Source: Bugula neritina (taxonomy: Eukaryota; Animalia; Bryozoa). From it: a stretch of 64,000 nt of DNA. The position numbers and the translations under genes were made by a program. Shown here one piece after another: positions 44,770 through 55,903 of this stretch; within the stretch, counting starts at the first letter, position 1, and every line of letters begins with the position of its first letter. The stretch covers positions 14,932,642-14,996,641 of the forward strand of contig OZ037770.1 of the NCBI GenBank assembly GCA_964035545.1, given 5' to 3'. The notes under the pieces are model-generated. The model saw nothing but the letters and a program-made list of their open reading frames with translations, did no database searches and was not told where the DNA came from.

Positions 44770-45025
44770 TGCAATATTCACTTGTATCAAGAGTTTTTAT
44801 TGGTTCAACTGGAAGGGCTATGCTAATACCAGTTGTATCACAAATTCCTATTGGTTTAGCTGAAAGGGTAAAGCTATTACCAGTTGTATCATGAGATGCT
44901 AATGATTCAGCCGAGAGTTTAAGAGTTTTACTAATTTGCATTCTCAACCCCTATTGGTGGAGTTGAGATAGCAACGCAATCAGCAAATATATCAATGAAT
45001 TCTATTGGTCGAGTTGAGATAGCAA
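44770..45025 (-). repeat. Degenerate 51-bp tandem repeat, about 5 units, overlapping the CCDC115 stop codon
   Basis: CTATTGGT.GAGTTGAGATAGCAA at 44951 and 45002; CCAGTTGTATCA-like at about 44778, 44829 and 44880. Confidence 0.7.
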
Positions 45026-46069
45026 GGTACGATATTGACACTGAAGAGACATAAGCTGAGACTGGGTGGTAGATAGTTGACTAGTTAGGGGCACACAACG
45101 TTGGAAACAAGCTTTACTATATCGCAACGACTGGGGCACTAGTACTCCAAACATTAGCAGTGGATCCTTAATCTCACTCTTTGGTTTATCAGCTTTTGGG
45201 GAGGACACCGAGTCACCCACTCCACCTATAGTTTGAATACTCTGTTCAGTAAAACGCTTGCGCACAGTTTCTTCTTTATCTTCTGATTGTAGAATAGGAG
45301 CTGATGGAGCGAGGTCAAAGGTCACAGAGTTGTCTTCTCTTCTGCAAGTCAATCTGACACTTGGAGTCATCTCCCTCTCATCATACTGTAATGCTGTTAT
45401 ACTTTTCTGTCCCATATTACTCCTGGCTTTAGCCATGTACAAAAACCCATCAGACAGCTCCTACCAACAAATATATATTCCTACTCATGTGTGCAGTAAA
45501 CTTCCTGTCTCCACCACTAAAGTTTAATAAAAAAACAAAATTTTATTTCTTTTATAACTTACTCACTATTAAAAAAAATTTCTGCCTATTTCAAAGTTTT
45601 TAAAAAAATGTTCAACACAAAAACAACTTGAATCCCACCCTACCCCCACAGCAACACAAGAGGTAAGACTTAGACTACGTGTGAATGAACTTAGGCTATG
45701 TGTAAAAATCAAAGAGGGGCAGACGTGGCAAAACTCAAAGATGCGGAACTCATGTGCTTAAACTAAATATTCTCATTACTTCAGAAATCTATGATTTTCA
45801 AGGATTTGAATGAGAACATTTCTTTTCAAGTCTATAGAACATTATTAGGCAAATATCTACTGATTTTCATTAAAACTAAGACAATGCAAATTGTAATTAT
45901 ATTATGAATTTTTCAAATTAGTATCAAAAATAAAAAAAAGTTATGGGCAATCTCACTTCACTTTACTCACCTTGTCTAGCTGCCTTCGTAGTGAAGACAA
46001 CTCTTGAAGTTTCTCACTTATTTGACGTACCAAAACATCCAACTGCTTAGCTGCACTTTCTGCAGGCAT
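45002..46069 (-). CDS. CCDC115: V-ATPase assembly factor CCDC115 / Vma22, 185 aa, two exons
   Basis: Exons 46069-45971 and 45460-45002: coiled-coil N-terminus, ELSDGFLYMAKARSNMG, LQYDEREM, DPLLMFGVLVPQSLR...F, which are Vma22/CCDC115 signatures. Confidence 0.93.
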
Positions 46070-47199
46070 GATCGACGATCAGGAAAGAAGTAATCCTACA
46101 ACATTTCCAGTTTTACCATTTTATAACTTTTTCACACTAGATATCAGACTAGGAGTGAAAAAATTGGGTAGCAAGCAAACAATATCAGACACTCAAATAT
46201 AAATATAAAACTTCACTATTACTTACTTGGCCTATCAATAGTAGAGTAACATAGCAAAAACTAGATTTGTTATAAAAACCTGAATCATTGCGAATTAGCA
46301 TCCAATTACAAGATTAAGTAATTTAATTGGAATATTTTGTTCTGTTATATTTAAAATGACAGTTTTGGTATTTAAAACAGCGTAGAACAGACAATCTATA
46401 ATGGTTTTTTACAAGCTGTACTCAATTTTTAGAGTAAATGACTGCGAATTGGTTACTTGATTTTTTTAAAAGGGATTCAGTTTGAATTGAAATTTGATAT
46501 ATTTAATTTCGATAATTCTTGTCTGTCACTGGAACTGGCTAAAAGTGATGAATGATTACCAAATAGTTCTGATTCAAGCTGTTGTTATTATTGTAGAGAG
46601 TAAGCTGAACCAAAATCTGTGAATAGCAGTTTATCAATTTGACTTTTTACTCGTTAGAAAGTTTAACTCAAAGTCAATAACTTGGAGGTTAAGTGCAGTA
46701 TCAATATCGGCAACTTATAGTAGTATCAGTAACAATGCTTTTTTTCAGTATAATAGTAAGCCTAGCATCTTACTGGGAAGCATCTATCTGGGTTAAAACT
46801 GATTATAAGTGAGACAGCATTTAGATAAATAAATATTACATTAGTAGATAAGAAAACTCATTGTAAGAGAAAGAGTGTTAAGTTTGTTTCTCAACTTCAA
46901 CTAAGTCACTATCTCAACAAGCAGAATAAATTAATTGTTAGAATTTTTATTTTAAATGCTGCTTTACTATGGTAGTAATAATTATTGGTAAAACTTCAAC
47001 TTCATAAGCCACTACAGTAAAACTGATTACAGGAAAACTATTCATTGTCAAACATTTCAGTTGTGATAAAAGAAAGTATAAGCCTATGTTATCATTATCA
47101 TTCATTTTAATTATTCATAGCATGATCGGTCAGTAATAAATGTTTATGAAAATGATAGTCTTAAAAGTAGATAATTATAATTACAAAACCAACTAGTTG

Positions 47200-48145
47200 C
47201 TAGCAAGTGTACTAAGAGTTAGTTATAGTATTTACTATTAGTATAAACCAACTACTATTAAACTACGACTCATTTTAACTTATACAGGATAACTAAATCT
47301 ATTACTATAATTCATACCATAGTGATATATATTTATACTAACACTTACATTTAATATTATAGTTATACTATTACTAACCCGCTACATTTCAACTATCATC
47401 ATTTTAATATTTATCATCAAAATTCCCCTTACAGTTAGTTACTAACTCTTTGTACTAAATTTGCAACATAAATGATATTATCAATAATTTGGATATTACA
47501 TTTACTATCGGTATCACTATTGGCATCGCTACGAATATCACTATCAGTATCACTATAACTATAAGTATGTCTACGAGATTGAGTATGACTATGGTCTATG
47601 ACTTATGACTTGAGCATCAGTAAGACTAAGTGAGGATGATTATCACTATCACCATGATAATGAAGTATAAGTATCCCATATAGCCTATGGCTATAGGTAT
47701 TCGACATCAAACTCATACCCAGTATCAGTATCAGTATGACTATGAGTTTGAGTACGAGTATCACATTCACCGAGTATCAATATTGTCAATATGTATGAAT
47801 ATGACTGTCTGACATCTGTCTATCACTATTAGTATTAACTATCATACTGTCACTATGACTATGAGTATGACATTGACTATCACTATGAGTGCACCAGTAT
47901 TACTATTACTATTAGTAATACAGAGTAACAGTATTACTATTAGTATTACTACCACTAGTATTACTGTATTGGTATTACACTATTAGTATTACTATCAATA
48001 TTAGTAAATTAGTATTACCATTACTATTAGTATTACTATTACTAGTATTAGTATTAGTATTAGTATTACTATTAGTATTACTATTACTAATAGTAATACT
48101 AATAGTAATACTAATAGTAATAGTATTAGTATTAGTTTTAGTATT
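47200..48145. repeat. Long low-complexity hexamer block (TAGTAT/CACTAT/GAGTAT)
   Basis: Direct reading; resembles 18140-18600. Confidence 0.75.
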
Positions 48146-48891
48146 TCTTGACTTTATTGAGAATATATTCGTTTAATTGGTTGAGAAACATTGAACCCAG
48201 ACCAAATTATGTAAAACCACGACGTTGTAATAAATGCAATAATAATTTCAAATAAATAACTAACTTATGGCAACACCGTGACAAAATAGATTTAGAAACG
48301 AATTTCATGAAAATGACGGGTCATAATGAGTTTGACTACAATAGAAAATGAAAGTGAAACTACTCGATTAGCCTAGCTCATCAGGACTAAATATTTATCG
48401 GTAAACTCTAGAAATACTTTTGAACCCTTAGTGATTTCTTCGGGGGGAAACAACTCTAAAAATATATAGTCCAACTTAAATCTTGTTTTAATTGGCAATT
48501 TGTGAAAGATAACAATATTTTATTATTTACTAGTTACTATTGTTACTAAAAACTCAATCAAACTTTGAATTCAACTACCATACTAAATAATAAACAGCCC
48601 TCAGTATAAAATGAGGTTATTTTTAGTAGCCTAAATAAGAAGAAATAAACAATTTTTTTGGTGATGCTACCTATGGTTTAAAATATTCAATTTAAGAATA
48701 GATCTATATATATTATTCAAAAATTGACAAAACTGATGACTATAAAATATGTTTGCAGGTTAAATTTATCAAAAGCTTAAGGGACTTTGAACGTGCCCAA
48801 TATACACTGTATATATATAGAATACAGTACATATGATATCATGCATATGCATGTTTGGAGTTAGTTTATGATACTACATAGGAGAATACAT

Positions 48892-49000
48892 GGGAAGCAG
48901 CCGTGGTCCAGGTGTTAAAGCGCATATGGCTTAGTAAACATGGAGTCATGGGTTCAAACCTCAGTAAAGGCTAAAAAGAGCATCCAGTCATAGTTTCTCC
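48892..49000 (+). mobile_element. tRNA-derived SINE copy
   Basis: A-box-like TGGTCCAGGTG and B-box GGTTCAAACCTC; homologous to 10450-10558. Confidence 0.6.
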
Positions 49001-50051
49001 AGTGCCACATATATATGAATATATATAAGTCTTCAGCCCCCCCATAAACATTGTTTCCACATGAATGGTAACTATAAATATGCTTGAGTTGCAGGAGTTA
49101 TTATATATAGTAAAATATAGTAAATCGTATATAATATCATACAGTACAAAGCGCATAGTATGTGACATATAGTATACATAGATTCACAGCATTAAACAGC
49201 ATGTAGTCATATCTGTTAGCTAACTTCCATGATAAAGTACTCAGATGATTTAATACAGGTGTGGTGTAGTGTAGCTAGATGTGGCTAGAAGTCATAATTT
49301 AAATTTAAATATTAAAGTCTCTTGAGAGAATACAAAGTTTGAATACTAATATGTTTCATCGTGCAATGTGTAATAAATGTACATTAATTATGCACATACT
49401 GAAGTAAAGCGTATTATGTTTGAAATTCCTACACTTCTAGTAGGTAAAAGAGTAAATTGTAAAAATCGGCCACCAGTTCAGAAATGTTAACTGATTCCAA
49501 TAAGAAAAATGTAATAAATAATAATTATAGTTAATTAAGAAGTAGTTAACCATGTCAATAAATAGAGGTACACAATATATATTATATATTTTTCATATTA
49601 TATGTGCTTAAATGTTAGAGAAATATAAATATGAATGTTTATATAATCATAGATACAGAATAAAATGATGGAAATAAAATATTCCAACAATTCAGAGTAA
49701 AGTAATACATTATAATATTATGCAAAGACCCAGGATAGTTAAGTGTAAGTATATGTAATATGATGGTGTTTTGTAGCGTTACAAAGCTTTTAGTAACCAT
49801 ATATAGCTGGTAACAAATAAATATTTTTATACCAACTAAATTGAAATTCAAATAATATATAAGTAAATTAATTTAACAGAAAGATTAATTAAATAGCACA
49901 TTAAGTATAAAAACACAAAAGTTGCACCGGCACAAAAGCCTATGCACTTTATAATGCTGCCAATAGCCTGCAGTAGTAGCTAACAAGGCAGCATATCACA
50001 GCTAATCTCTTATGTTTTATTCTTCTTACAAAAGTTATTTATAAATTTTAT

Positions 50052-50616
50052 TGTAGTAAACTGTGGGTTCTGAATGCAACTAGTGCCTACATGCTCTAGA
50101 AAGAATAAGCCAAGTATTTGAGTACAAATGAGGATAACCTTTATTGTATCAGATACAGCTCATGTGGTCCTACTACCAGCGAGCTCCAGTAGTAGTCTGA
50201 AGCTACACTGGAAACTCGCCTGCTTTTATACACAAGAATTCACATCTAGAATGTTCCAACAGACAAAAGAAAGTTAAGCTTGACAGTAACAAAAGAAAAA
50301 TAGACAAAGGAGAATGAATAATTCAATAGGCCAAGAATTTAGCTATAATAACAACCTATTGAAGGCATTCATAAAAGCTACACAAATTTCCAGTATCAGT
50401 ATTAATGCAAAACGATGAAATAGCAAAAAGGGAAAATAACTCTGGAAATGCGTATTTAATAAAAATTACATTATACTGAAAGCTTAATCACAATAATAAG
50501 GCATTAGAAAGCTAGTGCAACTTAGCTATAATTACAGCATTCAAAACGATACGCAACAGTAGTTGTAATACTGACTCACGCAGTTAAAAACTAATAGAGG
50601 GTGAAAATCCATTACA
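50052..50616 (-). repeat. 3' LTR of element 1
   Basis: TATAAAAG at 50230-50223 and AATAAA at 50145-50140 on the minus strand. Confidence 0.97.
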
Positions 50617-50626
50617 TTCTCCCCCC
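50617..50626 (-). other. Polypurine tract of element 1
   Basis: GGGGGGAGAA immediately before the 3' LTR. Confidence 0.9.
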
Positions 50627-50803
50627 ATCGAAAAGCATCCCCTTTTCGATAGCAAAACAATGATTCCACACACAAAAAATAAAACACAAACGTAGAAAAA
50701 TATGCGGTTAACAGGAAAGTATTATGATTAATCACACGTAACACGAGAATATTTACAGTTCAGTTGGCTATTGCCAGCGGCCCCTGGTTGTCCGGTTTTA
50801 TCA

Positions 50804-53800
50804 TTAGAGGTAGTGCACCAGGCTTCCTATCTCTTCTGTACTTGGATCGAGGATACGGGACCAGGCCTCGATTGCGCTATCCAGGATGCACTCTCGGTAA
50901 GGAAGTGCCATACTCTGCCCGTGACGGGGCAATTGTGGGTGGGTTGGCTGAGTCTGTTCTTCTATCTGGCTGCCTGGTGCTCCAGATATCCAATACTGGC
51001 GGGCGACCAGGGCCCGAGGCATTGCCAGTATTGGAGAGTCCTCTTCGTCTCTGCCTGCGAGGTGGTCGCCGTATAGAGTGCCCTGCTCCTCCCCAGCTGT
51101 GAGCTGGAGCTCAACCGGTTCGGGGTCAGGGCCACTAACGCTGGCGGAACACACCTCGGAAGAGGGGGTGTCGTACTGCTGGCTGCGGGGAGCCGAAACA
51201 GGAGCTGGTGGGGGAGGGGAGTCGGATCGACTGGCCTCCTCGGTATCCTTACGCTCCTCTGTTTGGGTATCTGGCGAGGTAATTCCCATAGCTGATGCTA
51301 GTGTCTGAATAACAGTGTTTAAATTATACTTAGGGGTATCAGGATTAGAATTCAACTTGAGCTGTAACTCACGTGCTAGCTGTGTGAAATCTTCTTCTTG
51401 GTGGAATTCTCCGGGGTGATGGAGGGAATTTCCAGCCAAGATGGGGTGGTCGTCCGTACTGGGTGGGTTGTCCTCATGAGGGGGCCACTCCAGGTGCCCT
51501 ACAGCATAGTCTGCCAGATACCTGGGGGGTCTTCTTGACCGCTGGCTCCTCTCAATTGGAACAGGCACCGGTGGTGTTGGTGGCTCCTGGGCTACCCTAG
51601 TAGGGGGGTCCCCGCCTTCACCCAACACGGGGGTGGGGGTGTCCTCCCCCAGGGAGGGTGGTGGTCCTAGGGCTTGCCGCTGTTCCTGTTCCCGCTCCTC
51701 TCTCTGCTGTCGCTCCAGCTGCTCTATCAAGGCGGCCTGCTCCTGGTCCGACTCTCTGGGAACCATAATTTCCACCTCTCGGGGCTGGGTGGCCCGTCCT
51801 CGACGGTTGGGCTGACGGTGGGGCTCCAGGAGGGGTGGAGCCTGACCCACCGCGTCTGGGCTGGCATGGTAAGGTTTGAGGCGCTGCTCGCTCTGGACGG
51901 AGATCTGTCCAGAGCGCTCCACACGGTACGTGTGGTTGGGCAGCACCTCCACTACGCAGTAGGGACCGACGAACTTGGGCTGAAGCTTAGCCGACTGTCC
52001 GCGTCGCCTACGGTAGCTCACCATCCAGACCCAGTCTCCCACCTGGTACAACGGGGGCTCCTCTGAGTCCTCTGTGCGGGTCTGCCACTGCTGGGTGCGC
52101 AGCGCATCATGAGCTTTGCCCATGATGTCCATCAGACCCTCCACATATTCGTGTACCGGTGACTCGGGGGCAGGAACATGGTATGTCAGGTGTTCCGGGA
52201 CCCGCGTCTCTCGGCCTAGCATCAGGAAGTTTGGGGTCTCCTGTGTGGCGGAGTGTGGTGTGCTGCGGTAAGCCCGCATGATCTGCGGCAGCACCACGTC
52301 CCATTCTTCCTGACCTCGACCAAGGAGCAGGCTCCTGAGCGCGTCACCCAACATCCTGTTGTTCCGCTCGACGACTCCGTTCCCTTGCGGGTGATATGGG
52401 GTGGTCCGACTCTGGTTCACCCCCCATATCCGGCAGAGGTCTCCCATGAGCTGGGACTGGAACTGGGCGCCCTGGTCCGTATGTATCTGCTCGGGCAAAC
52501 CGAGGTAACAGAACACATTTTGGTCCAGGGTCCGGGCCACCGTGGGGGCGGTTGCGTCTGGGATAGCCAGAGCATCCGCCCACCGGGTAAAGTGGTCCGT
52601 GAGCACCAGTATCCAGGTGTTCCCTCTGGCGGATAACGGCATAGGCCCGACGAGGTCTACCGCCACTACTTGCCACGGTCGACCAGCGTACAGCCGGCGT
52701 CGACCAGTGGTTTCCGTGGGGCGGCCATGCTTGCTAGCTTGGCAGACCTCGCATTGCCGTACCCGCAGTCGTACGTCCCGAGTCATTCCGGGCCAATACC
52801 AACGCAGCCGCAGACACCTGATGACCCGACTGACTCCAGAATGAGCCTGCTTATGGGTGTCCCAGATCAGTTCCCGTCGGAGGGCGCGTGGACAGACGAC
52901 GCGGTCCCTCTCCTGCTGACGGTTGTCTGCTGCTAACGTTATCATCAGGAGGCCATCAGGACTGACCTTGAGGGCATCCCAGCGACGACAGAGGAGTTGG
53001 AACTCAACGTCTCCCTGCCGCTGCTGTTCCTCGCTAGGTCGTCGGCCCTCCTTCTTGGCCCGGAAAATGTCCGCTACCGCGCCGGGTAGCGTCTCCTGGA
53101 GTCGGCACAGCTCCTTGACATTCTGGTACAGAGTGGGGTTGGCGTGAAGCGCCTGGACGTCGTCTGAGTGGGTTTCGGTCCGAAGATGGCCGTGCTCCCA
53201 CCGATAGACGGCGCCCTCCCCTAACTCTGTTTCCACGTCAAGGCGAGCGGGTCCCCCGTCTCGCTTCTCAATGTGCAGGCATTGCTTACAGTCCTCTACC
53301 GGCCGGCGGCTCATGCCGTCGGCGTTCCCGTGCTTCCGGCCAGCACGGTGCTCTATCCGGTAAGAGAACTCGGCAAGAATCTCTAGCCAACGAGCCACCT
53401 GGCTCGAGGGCTCCGCACGTTTACACAGCCATATCAGTGATGCATGGTCTGTTCGCAAACGGAACGTTCTCCCATACAGATATGGCCGAAAGTGCTTGAC
53501 CGCCTTGACTACTGCTAGGAGTTCCTTCCTAGTGGTGCAGTAGTTCTTCTCGGCAGCCGCGAGAGTCTTGCTGTAGTAAGCCACGACCACCTCACTTCCA
53601 CCCTGGACTTGAGACAGGACAGCTCCCACGCTGTGGTCGCTGGCATCGGTGTCCAGGATGTACTCTTGGGCTGGATCAGGATACGCCAGAATTGGCGCCT
53701 CCATTAGCCGCTGCTTGAGGTGGTCGAATGCCTGCTGCTCCTCCTGTGTCCACTGCCACCGGACCCCCTTTGCGGTCAGCCGATTCAACGGCTGAGCCAC

Positions 53801-55903
53801 TCCTGCGAAGCCAGGTATGTACTGCCGGTAGTACCCTACTAGGCCCAGGAACGCGCGCAACTCAGGGAGGTCACGGGGGACAGTCCACTCCTTCACAGCC
53901 TGTACCTTCTCCGGGTCGGTAGCGACCCCATCACGGCCAACCACATGGCCCAGGTACGTGACTTCCGGCTGCAGGAGTGCACACTTGGAGGGCTTCAGCT
54001 TCAGTCCAGCTGCCCGGAGACGGTCAAAGACCTCCCGCAGACGACTGACATGAGTCGAGAAGTCTGGGGAGATGACAATGACGTCGTCCAGATAGATGAG
54101 GAGGGTCTTCCAGTGTAACCCACTGAGGACCTGCTCCATGAGCCGTTGGAAAGTTGCCGGAGCGGACGTTAGTCCAAATGGCAGTACTTTCCACTTCCAG
54201 AGCCCGTCGCGGGTGATGAACGCTGCTTTGTCCTGGGCATCAGGACTGAGGGGTACTTGCCAGTACCCGCTAAGCAGATCCAAAGTACTGAAGTACTTGC
54301 TACCCGCGAGGGCATCCAGAGACTCATCTATCCGTGGGAGAGGGTAGGCATCCTGGATGGTAACGCTGTTGAGTCTGCGGTAGTCCACGCAGAATCTCCA
54401 GCTACCATCCTTCTTCTTGACCAGGACTACTGGAGAGCTCCACGCACCGTGGGCAGGCTCAATCAGATCCCGGTCGAGAAGATCCTGTACCTGTCGGCTC
54501 ACCTCCTTCTCCTTCTCCGGGCCTAGACGCCGGGTAGGCTGCCTGATGGGAGTGGTGCCGGCTGCCAGGGGTATCTCGTGGGAGATGACCTTGGTCAGCC
54601 CCATGTCTCTATCGCCACGACTGAAGACATCACTGTACTCCGCAAGTAGTTGAGCCAGTACTTGGCGTTCAGTACTACTTGTACAGTTTCCACACGCTCC
54701 ATCATACAGGTCAGCCATATGCTCCGGGACTGCTCCTCGTCTGGTGTGAGGGGGGTTCCCCTGGGTGTCGGCCACTGTCTCCAGTGCTGGACCCACATCC
54801 GCTTCCTGGATGGAGTGGTACTTCCCCACCAGCGCTCCAGCCGATAATCGGACAGGTTCCGTGAAGGGGTTGATGCACTGCACGAGGAGCTCCTGCCGAC
54901 AATCTAGCCGATTTAGGCTGTTTGCTAGTCGGATCGCTCCGTGCGTTCCCTCAACCACCCCCAGGTCGGCGATCCCCTTGCAGTTGACTCTGCAGCGAAG
55001 AGTCGCCTGGGATCTCCCCGGAACCGTGCAGTCCCGCACTACCTGGACTCCGCCCACCAAGGGCCTTCCGAACTTGTCGACGCAGACAAGTTCCTTCCCA
55101 GCCATCACCACCACTGACTTCTGGAAATCCATGTGACACTGGTGTTTCTCCAGAAACGGCATTCCCAGGATGGCGTCCTCCTTCAGCTGGCTGACTATGA
55201 ACGTCTCGTGAATTGCTTGATCACGGACGCGTCCAGGTAGTGAAATGACGCCGTAGAAAGGAATGCATGATCCGTCCGCCAACGTACCATGCGCACCTTC
55301 ATACGGCTCGAGGCTCGCCCGCTCTCGTGCACCAAGAGTGTCAAAGAGACGCCTACTCAGCAGGTTGGTAGTGCACCCAGTATCCAGTAGGAATGTGGCA
55401 GCTTTACCCGAAATCTTTCCGGGTAGGAAGTAGCTGCTTCCATACGGCTGGGTGCTCCTGGAGCGGTCAGTCTCTGGGGGAGACACAACTTGGGTCCGCA
55501 CAGCGGGCCTCCTCTTCGTCTTAGAGACAACGGGGGTTTTCTGAGGTCGGGAGGGTAGCTTGGGGTACTCTTGCGAGTAAGCTGAATCCTCCTCCACAAC
55601 CTCCTCGGGCAACCCCGCGAACCGGTTCTGGAGTGGCCAGGCCGGAGGATCGGGCAGACCTTGCGGTCTCCGAGATCTCCGAGGTGCCTGCCATCCTGCT
55701 TCTTCTAGCTGCATCCGGGTCTCGAGTGGCACGGCCGGAGGATCGGGTAGACCTTGCGGTCTCCGAGATCTCCGTGGCCTCTGCCACTCGGTATCGGCAG
55801 ACCCTGTGGAGGTCTCTTCTTCTCCTCTCCGAGTCCTATCCCGGATGGGATTGGCGTGAGGCCCACGGTTGGCGGAAGTTACCGTGAGCCTTGGGTGTTT
55901 AAA
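50804..55903 (-). CDS. pol: Pol polyprotein of element 1 (protease, RT, RNase H, integrase), entered by -1 frameshift from gag
   Basis: FLLDTG (PR), YLDD (RT), TDAS...ELLA...TDH (RH), H-H-C-C, D-D-E and GPY (IN). The frame is open from the slippery site at 55903-55897; the ORF track start at 55732 is a GTG. Confidence 0.95.
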   Translation of the reverse strand, partial: FKHPRLTVTSANRGPHANPIRDRTRRGEEETSTGSADTEWQRPRRSRRPQGLPDPPAVPLETRMQLEEAGWQAPRRSRRPQGLPDPPAWPLQNRFAGLPEEVVEEDSAYSQEYPKLPSRPQKTPVVSKTKRRPAVRTQVVSPPETDRSRSTQPYGSSYFLPGKISGKAATFLLDTGCTTNLLSRRLFDTLGARERASLEPYEGAHGTLADGSCIPFYGVISLPGRVRDQAIHETFIVSQLKEDAILGMPFLEKHQCHMDFQKSVVVMAGKELVCVDKFGRPLVGGVQVVRDCTVPGRSQATLRCRVNCKGIADLGVVEGTHGAIRLANSLNRLDCRQELLVQCINPFTEPVRLSAGALVGKYHSIQEADVGPALETVADTQGNPPHTRRGAVPEHMADLYDGACGNCTSSTERQVLAQLLAEYSDVFSRGDRDMGLTKVISHEIPLAAGTTPIRQPTRRLGPEKEKEVSRQVQDLLDRDLIEPAHGAWSSPVVLVKKKDGSWRFCVDYRRLNSVTIQDAYPLPRIDESLDALAGSKYFSTLDLLSGYWQVPLSPDAQDKAAFITRDGLWKWKVLPFGLTSAPATFQRLMEQVLSGLHWKTLLIYLDDVIVISPDFSTHVSRLREVFDRLRAAGLKLKPSKCALLQPEVTYLGHVVGRDGVATDPEKVQAVKEWTVPRDLPELRAFLGLVGYYRQYIPGFAGVAQPLNRLTAKGVRWQWTQEEQQAFDHLKQRLMEAPILAYPDPAQEYILDTDASDHSVGAVLSQVQGGSEVVVAYYSKTLAAAEKNYCTTRKELLAVVKAVKHFRPYLYGRTFRLRTDHASLIWLCKRAEPSSQVARWLEILAEFSYRIEHRAGRKHGNADGMSRRPVEDCKQCLHIEKRDGGPARLDVETELGEGAVYRWEHGHLRTETHSDDVQALHANPTLYQNVKELCRLQETLPGAVADIFRAKKEGRRPSEEQQRQGDVEFQLLCRRWDALKVSPDGLLMITLAADNRQQERDRVVCPRALRRELIWDTHKQAHSGVSRVIRCLRLRWYWPGMTRDVRLRVRQCEVCQASKHGRPTETTGRRRLYAGRPWQVVAVDLVGPMPLSARGNTWILVLTDHFTRWADALAIPDATAPTVARTLDQNVFCYLGLPEQIHTDQGAQFQSQLMGDLCRIWGVNQSRTTPYHPQGNGVVERNNRMLGDALRSLLLGRGQEEWDVVLPQIMRAYRSTPHSATQETPNFLMLGRETRVPEHLTYHVPAPESPVHEYVEGLMDIMGKAHDALRTQQWQTRTEDSEEPPLYQVGDWVWMVSYRRRRGQSAKLQPKFVGPYCVVEVLPNHTYRVERSGQISVQSEQRLKPYHASPDAVGQAPPLLEPHRQPNRRGRATQPREVEIMVPRESDQEQAALIEQLERQQREEREQEQRQALGPPPSLGEDTPTPVLGEGGDPPTRVAQEPPTPPVPVPIERSQRSRRPPRYLADYAVGHLEWPPHEDNPPSTDDHPILAGNSLHHPGEFHQEEDFTQLARELQLKLNSNPDTPKYNLNTVIQTLASAMGITSPDTQTEERKDTEEASRSDSPPPPAPVSAPRSQQYDTPSSEVCSASVSGPDPEPVELQLTAGEEQGTLYGDHLAGRDEEDSPILAMPRALVARQYWISGAPGSQIEEQTQPTHPQLPRHGQSMALPYRECILDSAIEAWSRILDPSTEEIGSLVHYL
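55859..55903 (-). promoter_or_regulatory. -1 programmed ribosomal frameshift signal
   Basis: U UUA AAC in gag frame, 5-nt spacer, then an 11-bp stem AGGCUCACGGU/ACCGUGGGCCU; pol is in the -1 frame. Confidence 0.85.

Noticed and set aside
46356-48810. Possible plus-strand gene divergent from CCDC115 (ATGACAGTTTTG|GT at about 46356, exon-like 48759-48808)
   Set aside because: Fragments are too short and no further compatible exon or homology is recognisable.
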